Source of the DNA: an uncultured virus (IMG/VR IMGVR_UViG_2648501187_000001)
Taxonomy: Duplodnaviria; Heunggongvirae; Uroviricota; Caudoviricetes
Reading direction: 5' to 3' (one strand)
Length of the DNA stretch: 64,000 nucleotides
IMG/VR virus record: IMGVR_UViG_2648501187_000001
Shown here: positions 55,585 through 64,000 of the stretch, piece by piece
Numbering within the stretch: the stretch's first letter is position 1
Layout of the letters: each line of letters starts with the position of its first letter
Translations under genes and position numbers: made by a program
The notes under the pieces: model-generated
What the model saw: only the letters and a program-made list of their open reading frames with translations
What the model was told of the DNA's origin: nothing
The model's database searches: none

Positions 55585-58128
55585 ATGATCGAAAACCAGT
55601 ACGGCCGTCCCGGCATCACGGGCCCGGCCACCCCCGGGCACGCGGACGGGGCGTTCCTCGCCCGCGTCGCCGACCAGCACGTGCTGCTCAAAAACCCGAC
55701 GGGCGTGACCGGCGTATGCAACACCATCCACCCCATGGCCGGCGACCCCGCGACCGACATGCCCGGCATCCCCATGCTGCGGAGCCTCGTGCAGAGGGAC
55801 GGGGCGAGCACATGGACATGGACCGATCCGAGCGGCCTCATGCCCATGTGGGCGATCCGCATGATCAGCGAGATCGTGTGCCCCGACCCCGACCTGCGCG
55901 TCCTGCCCGACCCGCAGGCGCCCGGCAAGGGCATCCTCTACCGGCGCGTCCTGCCCGACCACACCGTCGAACGCGCGCCCAGCCGATGGGCGCCCATCGG
56001 ACCCGTGCGCATCGCCTACGGCGGCTCCAAGGCCAAGGATGACCAATTGGACGGGGACGACGGATGGGTCAAGGACTCGCTCCTCCTCGCCGGACAGACC
56101 ATACGCCGCGGATGCAGCTTCGTGTGCACGGACGGGGAGATCCGCTTCGAACACGACCCCGTGTCCGGCGCGTGGACGCGCACCGAGACCCGATCCGGCG
56201 TCACCCGCTCCTGGACCGGCGCGAAAGACCTCGAATGCCGGGAACCGGATTTCAGGACGGCCACGCTCCGGGAGACGACGCCGAACCGGGTCGACGAGCC
56301 CATGACCTACACGGTGGAGACCGGATGCACGTGCGAACAGGCCGCGACGCTCGCGAACGAGGCCGGATGGATCCTCGACCAGTGGACCGGCCAGGACACG
56401 GACAGCACCCTCAACCTGCAACGCTCGCTCGCCGCCCCGTTCCTCCGCAGCCATCCGGAATGCGCGTACGTGTACCAGGGGCCGGGCGGCACCGGCAAAA
56501 GCACGCTCGCCAAGGACCTCATGGAGCATCTCGGCGACCAGGCCACGACCATGAGCCTCGACCTGCTCGCCCAGCCGACCGCCATGAGCGCCGAAAACAA
56601 AATGGGCGACCTGATGAGCCACCTGCTCGCCCTGTCCGACGACTACGATCCGACCCACGGACGGTTCGAGAAGAGCCTGCCGAACCTGAAGACCCTCCTG
56701 ACCGGGCTCCTCCCCTTCTCCGCGCGCCGCCAGGGCGAGAACAGCGTGGACGGCATGCCGCAAAGCACGCATCTGATCACCACGAACTACCATCTGCCCG
56801 TGTCCAGCTCCGAGGCCGAACAACGCCGCTTCGCGTTCAGCACCATCGCCTCGCAGACGACGCGCGCCCGCCACTATCTCCCGTTCCGCCGCAAACACGG
56901 TTTCTGGCCGTTCATGCTGGTCGGCGCGATCACATGGCTGACGATCGGCGACCGGCAATGCCGGTCCGTCGCGTTCGTCGACCTGGAAAGCCTGTCCGAC
57001 ATGGAGGTCGCCGCCATCCGCAGCGTGCTCGACACGGGCGTCGTGATCCCCGACCCCGGCATGCGCGTCAACTGGAAGAACATCGGCCTGGTGCGCACCA
57101 GCACGCGTATCGGCAGCGAGGACGGGCGTCCGCACACCGCGTACCGGCCCGCCCCCGAGGGCGACGGCCTGCACGCCGTATGGAAGGCGTGCGCGGCCGC
57201 CGTGTCCGGCATGCCCGCCGACGAGCCCGAGATCCGGCCCGTCCCCGACCGGGATCTCAAGGTCACGGACCCGGACGGGTGGGCGGACATGATCCGGGAG
57301 GCGGATCCGCGGATCTTCCCCTGCCATGCGGACAAGAGCCCGTCCAGCGACGTGCCCCACCATTCGTGGAAGGACGCGTGCCAGGATCCGCGGGTGGACA
57401 TGTCGCACCGGATCGACCCGTCGAAGCCGATCTACGGGACGACCGTCGCCGACGACTACATGTGGGTGGACCTCGACTGCCACAAGCAGGATCAGACGTC
57501 CGGCTGGGAGCAGATCCAGACGGACGTCGGCCCGTACGGGACGCCGCTCCTGCCGCGCACGTTCGCGGTGCGCACCCCGTCCGGCGGCGTCCACCTCCTC
57601 TACCACATCCCTGACGGGGCGCGCCTGAAATCCAGGACGCACAACGGAGGCCAGATCGACTTCAAAATCGGCCGCGACGGCTACGTGGTCATGGGCGGGT
57701 CCGTCCTGCCCGACGGGCGGCGCTACACGCCGATAGACCGGCCCGAGGATCGGATCCCCGACCTGTCCGACGCGTTCCTGCGCTGGGCGGAACGCGTCGA
57801 CGCGACCGACAAACCCCGTCGCCCCGCCCCCGCGCGGACGGCGGCCGCGCCGGCGGGCGGCGCGTACGATCCGCTGGCCGCGTTCGACCTGCCCTCCCCC
57901 GGCGTGGCCGGGGGCCCGGAGGGGGAGCCGGACATGAGCCCCATCCCCGAGGGGCGGCGCAACGACACGCTCTACCGGTGGGGGTACGGGCGTTGGAAGA
58001 ACCATCCCGAGGACGGGGAGCGGATCGCGCGGGACATCATGGAACGCGGACGGATCAGCGGGCTGCCCGATCGCGAGACGCTTCAGATCGTGAAAAGCGT
58101 GAGAAGTTCGGTGGAAGGAGACCGATGA
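55585..58128 (+). CDS. Replication protein: SF3/D5-like helicase + Prim-Pol (AEP) + PriCT-1
   Basis: Walker A GPGGTGKST, LSDD, LITTN (sensor 1), WVDLD and VRTPSGGVHLLY (Prim-Pol), IPEGRRNDTLY (PriCT-1). Confidence 0.9.
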   Translation: MIENQYGRPGITGPATPGHADGAFLARVADQHVLLKNPTGVTGVCNTIHPMAGDPATDMPGIPMLRSLVQRDGASTWTWTDPSGLMPMWAIRMISEIVCPDPDLRVLPDPQAPGKGILYRRVLPDHTVERAPSRWAPIGPVRIAYGGSKAKDDQLDGDDGWVKDSLLLAGQTIRRGCSFVCTDGEIRFEHDPVSGAWTRTETRSGVTRSWTGAKDLECREPDFRTATLRETTPNRVDEPMTYTVETGCTCEQAATLANEAGWILDQWTGQDTDSTLNLQRSLAAPFLRSHPECAYVYQGPGGTGKSTLAKDLMEHLGDQATTMSLDLLAQPTAMSAENKMGDLMSHLLALSDDYDPTHGRFEKSLPNLKTLLTGLLPFSARRQGENSVDGMPQSTHLITTNYHLPVSSSEAEQRRFAFSTIASQTTRARHYLPFRRKHGFWPFMLVGAITWLTIGDRQCRSVAFVDLESLSDMEVAAIRSVLDTGVVIPDPGMRVNWKNIGLVRTSTRIGSEDGRPHTAYRPAPEGDGLHAVWKACAAAVSGMPADEPEIRPVPDRDLKVTDPDGWADMIREADPRIFPCHADKSPSSDVPHHSWKDACQDPRVDMSHRIDPSKPIYGTTVADDYMWVDLDCHKQDQTSGWEQIQTDVGPYGTPLLPRTFAVRTPSGGVHLLYHIPDGARLKSRTHNGGQIDFKIGRDGYVVMGGSVLPDGRRYTPIDRPEDRIPDLSDAFLRWAERVDATDKPRRPAPARTAAAPAGGAYDPLAAFDLPSPGVAGGPEGEPDMSPIPEGRRNDTLYRWGYGRWKNHPEDGERIARDIMERGRISGLPDRETLQIVKSVRSSVEGDR

Positions 58129-58808
58129 CGGGCATGAGCACGGACGAATGGCGGCTCCTGGTCTCGACGCGCGCCACGGGGCGCGGCGACCGGACGGCAG
58201 GCAGGGACGACAACAGCTGCGGGGCGCTCATCGACGGGCGCGGCGAACGGCACACCGCGTTCATCGACCACATGCCCGAACATCCGAGCGACGAATACAG
58301 GCAGTTGCACGAGTGGGCGGACGGATACGGGTGGATGCTCACCCCGGCCGCGGACCGGCTGGCCGACCGGATCATCGACGGCATGGGCCCGCATCCCGCG
58401 CCCGCCGTCGCGGCCGCGCTCGCCTCCTGCTATCCCGACCGGCTGATCATGGCGGACACGCGGGCCGTCCGCCGTCCCGCGGAACGATGGTTCCACGAGG
58501 CCGGACCCCTGCGTCTCGACCGGTACATGCACGGCGGCATGGGCGACGTGGCGCGCATGATCGTCCACGACCGGCTGCACCCGGACATGCCCGTCCTGGC
58601 GGGACGCCGCCTGGACGAGCTGATCGACGCCCACGCGTACGACGCGCTCATCGCGACGGGCATGGGCGACATGCTCACCGTCGCCCAATGGACGAGTATC
58701 GCCCGCCACGGCGATCCGGCCGCATGCCGGATCCTCGACGGGATGCGACGCGGCATGGACGACGCGTTCGCCTGCGGGCGTCTGCGTGGCATGTGCACGC
58801 CCGCATAG
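58125..58808 (+). CDS. Hypothetical protein
   Basis: ATGA-coupled to the replicase, GGAG SD. Confidence 0.7.
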   Translation: MTGMSTDEWRLLVSTRATGRGDRTAGRDDNSCGALIDGRGERHTAFIDHMPEHPSDEYRQLHEWADGYGWMLTPAADRLADRIIDGMGPHPAPAVAAALASCYPDRLIMADTRAVRRPAERWFHEAGPLRLDRYMHGGMGDVARMIVHDRLHPDMPVLAGRRLDELIDAHAYDALIATGMGDMLTVAQWTSIARHGDPAACRILDGMRRGMDDAFACGRLRGMCTPA

Positions 58809-58855
58809 GCCCTCTCCGGCGGATTCCGCGCGCGCGGGACGCCGGAAAGGGAACC

Positions 58856-60583
58856 ATGAGGAACAACAAGATCGTGACGGCAATGGCCTGCGCGACCGCG
58901 AGCATGCTGGCCGGCCTGGCACTGGCCCCATCCGCAATGGCGGCCGACACGACCATCACACTGCAAGGCGCAGACGGGGCAAGCCTGGCCGGACACACGT
59001 TCAACGTCTACCAGATAGGCACATACACCGGAGTGGTGCTGAAAGGCGACCGGATCTCCAGCCTCGGAATCCAAGGCACCACCGAATCCAACGCATGGGC
59101 GGATGACGCCATCACCATCGCCAACGGCTACGACAAGGACACGTCCGACGACATCACCAAGGTCGGCGGATACGATGCCGCAGGCAGCATCGCCGCCATC
59201 GACATGGCCAAGCAGGCCAAGCAGCTGAGCAACATCCAAGCCGCCCTCAACGCCTCCAGCAGGAAGCCGGCCACCGTCACGGGCGGAGCCGACCTGACCA
59301 CGCAGGATGCCACCCTGAACATCACCGTGCCGAAAGAAGGCCTCTACTACATCACCGACTCCGCAGGCAGCCCGATCATCATCGGCACAAAATCCGGTGC
59401 AGGCACCGCCATGAGCGGCGCCCCCGGCCGAACCCTCGGCGTCGCGGTCATCAAGTCGAAGAGCGTGACAACCGACAAGAAGGTCGTCGTGGACCGTGAC
59501 GGCCGACAGGTCTCCAAGCAGGGTGACGCCGCCGACCCGGTGGCCGTGACCGTGGGCGATACCGTCACCCACACCATCGACGTGACTGTTCCGAACACGG
59601 CCGTCAAATTCAAGCTCGCCGATGCCCCTGCCGGACAGGAATACGTGAAAGGCAGCCTGAAGGTGGCTTTGAGCGGGACTGCCACTGACGTGACCGCCGA
59701 TACCGTCATCTACGACGGCGAAACCCAGCACGGCGCGAAAGCCCTGCCGGGCGACGCCACTCTCAAGAAGGAAGACAGAACCCCGGCCGACCCGGATATC
59801 ACCGTTCCGGCCGGAGGCTGGGCTCTGAACGCCACCAAGCTCATCACCACGCAGGGCGGCAAGAAGATCACCATCACCTACCAGAGCGTCGTCACCAAGG
59901 CCACGGCCGAGAAACCATCCGAAAACTCGGTTTCCGGCACCGCCATCTTCAAGGACGGAGCCCACTACACCGTCGTCACCAATGGCGACAAGGTTGACCT
60001 GAAATCCTACGATTTCACCCTCAAGAAGGTGAGCGCAGCCGACGTGAACACGCTCGTGGATGGAGCTGAATTCCAGATCCAACGCGGAGACAAATACCTG
60101 AAGCTGGATACGACGACCGGCGAATGGTCCGAAGCCGCCGACCAGGCTTCCGCGACCACATTCACCACCGGTGACTCCAACAACGACGGCAAGGTCGACC
60201 ATAAGGACAATGCCGCGCAAAAGGGTCTTATCGCATTCAAGGGTCTCGGCTACGGCACCTATACGGTGACCGAAACCAAGGAGCCCGCCGGCTATGCCTC
60301 CTATGCGAAGCCGAGCTTCACCGTCACCATCGACGATGCAGGCACCGCCATCAGGTTCGCCGGCAAGGATCAGCCGGGCCTGACCACCGGCATCGACAAC
60401 AACACGGTCCAAGTCAAGAACATCACCAACCTGACCCAATTGCCGCAGACCGGTGGAGCCTTGGCCTTCGCCTTCTGGCTGGCGGTCTCCTGCCCATTGT
60501 GGGGCAGTGGAATCGTCCTCGCCGAACGCAGCCTGAAGAACCGTCGCAAGGCAGTCAATCTGGCCGGCAACGGTCTCGCCTGA
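58856..60583 (+). CDS. Sortase-dependent pilin (SpaA/FimA-like backbone subunit)
   Basis: Signal peptide (MRNNK...AMA), Cna-B-like domains, E-box YTVTETKEPAGY, VKN...LPQTG plus TM and basic tail. Confidence 0.88.
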   Translation: MRNNKIVTAMACATASMLAGLALAPSAMAADTTITLQGADGASLAGHTFNVYQIGTYTGVVLKGDRISSLGIQGTTESNAWADDAITIANGYDKDTSDDITKVGGYDAAGSIAAIDMAKQAKQLSNIQAALNASSRKPATVTGGADLTTQDATLNITVPKEGLYYITDSAGSPIIIGTKSGAGTAMSGAPGRTLGVAVIKSKSVTTDKKVVVDRDGRQVSKQGDAADPVAVTVGDTVTHTIDVTVPNTAVKFKLADAPAGQEYVKGSLKVALSGTATDVTADTVIYDGETQHGAKALPGDATLKKEDRTPADPDITVPAGGWALNATKLITTQGGKKITITYQSVVTKATAEKPSENSVSGTAIFKDGAHYTVVTNGDKVDLKSYDFTLKKVSAADVNTLVDGAEFQIQRGDKYLKLDTTTGEWSEAADQASATTFTTGDSNNDGKVDHKDNAAQKGLIAFKGLGYGTYTVTETKEPAGYASYAKPSFTVTIDDAGTAIRFAGKDQPGLTTGIDNNTVQVKNITNLTQLPQTGGALAFAFWLAVSCPLWGSGIVLAERSLKNRRKAVNLAGNGLA

Positions 60584-60702
60584 TCCAAGAGAGACCATGA
60601 CGCGGGACGTGCGTCGGAAAACGAAAACCCGTCGAACGTCCCGCTCAATACCTTTTTTCCAAAACCATGCCGAACATGAGATTCAGGGGAAGAGAAAACA
60701 CA

Positions 60703-63700
60703 ATGCACAGCATATTGAAACGTTCCGCCGCACTGATCGCATCCGCGGCCACGCTTCTCGGCGGAGGCATGCTCATGGCGGGCACCGCGCAGGCGGACGG
60801 GATCGGCCTGCCGGTCATGACCATCCATCCGGCCGCGAGCACATCGTATCCGAAGGAGCTGGTCAACGGCGGTTTCCAGACGTTCGGCAACCGGATCGTC
60901 GACAAACGTTCCGGCGGCTGGCAGTACCTCTCGTTCGTCGACGGCAACGGCATGGCCATGGAAGGCTCGAGCGAGCAACCATGGGCGAAGGTGGACGGCT
61001 GGGATGCCGTGAAATTCGGCTGGAAATCCAATGATTCCGTCAGCGGGCACAGAGGGATCGTGGAAGTCCAACGCTTTAGGACGGCCGTCAAAGGCAGCAC
61101 GGGCAACGTGTGGGGCGAGATCGCGGCCGCCACGCAGGGCAAATACCTCTACCAGGACATCGACACGGCGAACACATCCGACGCCATGTACACGGTCCGT
61201 CTGAAGCACGCCAGCCGCAACAAGGACGCCAGGGACAGCATGCAGGTGCTCGTCGGCGCGCCCGGCCGGGAGAAGCCGGTCACGATGCGCCGCACCATCG
61301 CCAATGCGGGCGACAAGGCCGGCGAGGAATCCACCACGATCACGTCCACGGGAACCGGCCAGGACGACCAGTGGGACACGTACGAGGGCACGGTCCTCGT
61401 CCCCAGGGGGCAGGATGTCACACGGTTCACGTTCAAAAGCGTGGCCGATTCGAACAGTGCCGGCCGTCCCGACAGCGCGGAAGGCAACCTGATCGACGAT
61501 GTCGTGTTCACCAAGGCCTACCAGCTCACGTACGACGCGAACGGAGGCGTGAAAACCCGGACCAGCCAGATCGACTACACGACAGGCGGTGGAACCCGGG
61601 GCAAGGTGAAGACCGTGCGGGATTCGCCCGCACCGCCCGCAGGCCAAGAGAAGATCGTCAACGGCGACTTCGAATACTCGGGGACCGGGGCGGGCCTGTC
61701 CGACTCCCCGTTTAACTACGTGAGCCTGAGCCGGAAATCCTACTATTACAAGGATTCCAGGAACGTCAACCACCGTGTCGCCCTGCCCGCCGGATTCGAC
61801 GCGAAACGGTTCGCATGGAAAAGCGACCAGACCGGCAAGGATCTAGGCAACCCGCCCTACGAACAGGCCGGCGACGTGCAGGTGTGGAACAGGTACGACG
61901 GCTCCAACCATTACGCCGAACTCACGGCCGCCCAGGCCGGATCGGCCATCTACCAGGACATCGACACCGAATCCGACAGCGACGTGCAGTACATCGTCAG
62001 CCTCAGGCACGCGAGCCTGAACGCCAGCCACCTGGACAGCATGCAGGTGCTCATCGGCGCTCCCGGCCACGAGACCCCGGTAACCATGACCCGCGTGACC
62101 GCCAACGGGTACGGCGACAAGGTTGGCGAATCCTCCGACACGATCGCCACCAGGGTGTCCAACCCGAAACCCGCGGACAGGGAGGACTCCGACCATACAG
62201 GCCAATGGGAGACGTACACGGGAACCGTGACCGTGCCCGCTGGGCGGCCGGTCACCCGGTTCACGTTCCGCAACGTGTCGTCGAAGAGCGCATGGAACGG
62301 CAACCTCATCGACGACATCGCGTTCACGAAAGCCCGCAGGCTCGACTATGACGCGAACGGGGGAACCAAAGCGCAGGCCAGCCAGATCGGCTACAGGACC
62401 GACGCGACCCAAGGCGCGGTGGAGACCGTCGCATCCAAGACCCTTCCCACCGAACTGGTGAACGGTTCGTTCGATTATCTGCTGGATGGCGGTTGGGATA
62501 CTATCAGCCCGGTAGGTCGTGGCGGATACGCTGATGACCGTGGTTGGGGCAGGTTCACAAGTGTGGACCCCGCTAGCGGCGAATACATCCAGAACGCCGG
62601 ACAGAATCCGGCAACATTCGATTCCACCGGCAAGTGGGTGAAGTGGCCCGGTTTCGATGCTGCGAAGTTCGGCTGGGCTTCGGACCAAAAGGGCGGACAG
62701 CCGCAAGGCGGAGTCGGGTTGACCGACCGGCCCAATGCGGTCGAATTGCAGCAGGATTCCGTGACAGGCAACACGTATGCGGAGATCGTCGGCTCGGAGA
62801 GGGGCAAGGCGATCCTACAGAAGATCGACACGCAGCATGATTCGGACACCGTATACACGGTGCGTTTCGACCATGCGAGCCTGTCCAAGGAGCACGCGGA
62901 CTCGATGCAGGTTTTGGTCAACGGCAAGCCCGTGACCATGACCCGCGTCACCAGCAACAAGGCGGGTGACGAACAGGGTTGGACCGGTACGAGCATCACC
63001 ACGCACGCGACCAACACCAACCGTTTCCAGCATGACGGCCAGTGGGCGACCTACGAGGGCAAGGTCACGATCCCGGCGAACACGCCTGTCAGCACGTTCA
63101 CTTTCAAAGCCCTGAACGCCGTGGACCCGACCAAGGGCAACCTGATCGACAATCTGACGTTCAAGATCGCATACAGGCTCAGCTACGACTCGAACGGCGG
63201 AACCAAGAAACAGGCCAGCCGGATCAGCTCGAAGACCTTCGGCAAGGCGAAGACCGCGAGGACGGAGGCCATCGCCTCCCGCGCTTCGGGTGACGAGCTG
63301 GCCGTGAACGGCGGGTTCGACACCCCGAAGTGGACGATCGCCAAGGAGGGGCAGGGCCTGCCCTGGGTGTATGTGACGCCCAATGCGGGCACGATCCGCT
63401 CCTACGCGCAGGCCATGGCCGGACAGACGGGCGTGAAGGCCGGCGGCCTGACCGCCGCCACGTTCGCCTGGCAGGATCTCGATGCCATCGGCAGCATCCA
63501 GAACTTCGAACTGCATCGCGAGAAGGACGGGAACACGGCCGCCGACGTGCACGCGGGCCGTACCGTCGCCCAGACCGTGAACACGACGCCCGGCGCCAGC
63601 TACACGTTCAGCATCCGCCACTCCGGCCGCTCCAAAGGCAACGCGGGCGGCGTGACCCTGCTCACCGGCCCCGACAAGGATCACCTCACACCGGTCAGGC

Positions 63701-64000
63701 TGACCCGCACCACGGTCTCCAAGACCGGCCAGAAGTACGGGGACAAGACCGGCGATGTGGGAACCGTCGCCTACACGCACTCCGATTCCATGGACGCCAC
63801 GGAAGGCAGCCACGACCCGTGGGACCATTCCGACGACTGGGAATCCTACGAGGGCACGGTCATTATCCCAGCCGGACAATCCCGCACGATGATCGCCTAC
63901 AGGGGCGTCGCCAAGGACGGTACTCTTACTGCCGCCGCCAATGACAGCATCATCGACGACCTGAGCTTCCGCCTCGCCTACAAGCTCAGCTACGACGCGA
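60703..64000 (+). CDS. Large secreted repeat adhesin / surface protein (partial, runs off the window)
   Basis: Open frame from ATG 60703 with a signal peptide (…AQA). Four repeats of about 230-270 aa: VNGxF...F(G/A)W...Q(D)I...HAS...DSMQVL...W-x-TY-x-G...FTF...GNLIDD...Y-x-L-x-YDxNGG. Confidence 0.88.
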   Translation, partial: MHSILKRSAALIASAATLLGGGMLMAGTAQADGIGLPVMTIHPAASTSYPKELVNGGFQTFGNRIVDKRSGGWQYLSFVDGNGMAMEGSSEQPWAKVDGWDAVKFGWKSNDSVSGHRGIVEVQRFRTAVKGSTGNVWGEIAAATQGKYLYQDIDTANTSDAMYTVRLKHASRNKDARDSMQVLVGAPGREKPVTMRRTIANAGDKAGEESTTITSTGTGQDDQWDTYEGTVLVPRGQDVTRFTFKSVADSNSAGRPDSAEGNLIDDVVFTKAYQLTYDANGGVKTRTSQIDYTTGGGTRGKVKTVRDSPAPPAGQEKIVNGDFEYSGTGAGLSDSPFNYVSLSRKSYYYKDSRNVNHRVALPAGFDAKRFAWKSDQTGKDLGNPPYEQAGDVQVWNRYDGSNHYAELTAAQAGSAIYQDIDTESDSDVQYIVSLRHASLNASHLDSMQVLIGAPGHETPVTMTRVTANGYGDKVGESSDTIATRVSNPKPADREDSDHTGQWETYTGTVTVPAGRPVTRFTFRNVSSKSAWNGNLIDDIAFTKARRLDYDANGGTKAQASQIGYRTDATQGAVETVASKTLPTELVNGSFDYLLDGGWDTISPVGRGGYADDRGWGRFTSVDPASGEYIQNAGQNPATFDSTGKWVKWPGFDAAKFGWASDQKGGQPQGGVGLTDRPNAVELQQDSVTGNTYAEIVGSERGKAILQKIDTQHDSDTVYTVRFDHASLSKEHADSMQVLVNGKPVTMTRVTSNKAGDEQGWTGTSITTHATNTNRFQHDGQWATYEGKVTIPANTPVSTFTFKALNAVDPTKGNLIDNLTFKIAYRLSYDSNGGTKKQASRISSKTFGKAKTARTEAIASRASGDELAVNGGFDTPKWTIAKEGQGLPWVYVTPNAGTIRSYAQAMAGQTGVKAGGLTAATFAWQDLDAIGSIQNFELHREKDGNTAADVHAGRTVAQTVNTTPGASYTFSIRHSGRSKGNAGGVTLLTGPDKDHLTPVRLTRTTVSKTGQKYGDKTGDVGTVAYTHSDSMDATEGSHDPWDHSDDWESYEGTVIIPAGQSRTMIAYRGVAKDGTLTAAANDSIIDDLSFRLAYKLSYDA

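Noticed and set aside
58148..58855. N-terminal extension of the pilin ORF
   Set aside because: Arg-rich off-frame read of the 58125-58808 gene. The signal peptide and SD are at 58856.
55423..60598. 860-aa and 722-aa minus-strand ORFs
   Set aside because: Antisense shadows of the replicase and pilin genes.
1..64000. Prophage assignment
   Set aside because: No terminase, portal, capsid, tail or lysin genes in the window. Pilin, sortase, adhesin and replicase fit a plasmid or ICE better, although no relaxase or T4SS gene is visible here either.

Overview
This is a high-GC accessory region with no host core genes. It looks like part of a large actinobacterial mobile element, most like a Bifidobacterium megaplasmid or ICE; that assignment is inferred from gene content. 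A tyrosine integrase (1-1206) is followed by about 50 kb of mostly minus-strand small genes. These include an N4/N6 DNA methyltransferase, an MmeI-like Type IIL RM enzyme, a Panacea-GNAT toxin-antitoxin pair, an AAA-ATPase/TOPRIM pair, Lar, MazG-like, ASCH, FemABX, an RNA ligase, two HAD phosphatases, a metallophosphoesterase, an ATP-grasp protein, sortase E, WhiB and SecG. The region also has intact IS30 and IS605 (tnpA/tnpB) elements and many IS605-type end remnants. An array of about 19 tRNA or tRNA-like genes has long structured spacers. A 332-bp iteron/AT-rich origin-like sequence occurs twice, and its second copy precedes a helicase-primase gene, a sortase-dependent pilin and a large repeat adhesin that runs off the window. 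The main findings are: (i) a dispersed motif RRCGCATRY at about 19 gene or tRNA 5' ends, often exactly 8 nt before an SD-less ATG, suggesting an element-specific promoter regulon, with a core shared by the origin iterons; (ii) a lipoprotein array with two genes switched OFF by C12 tracts and related to the adhesin repeat domain; (iii) unannotated structured RNA candidates inside the tRNA array; (iv) deviant tRNAs carried together with a Fem aminoacyl-transferase and RNA-repair enzymes. No CRISPR array, rRNA or phage structural genes were seen.
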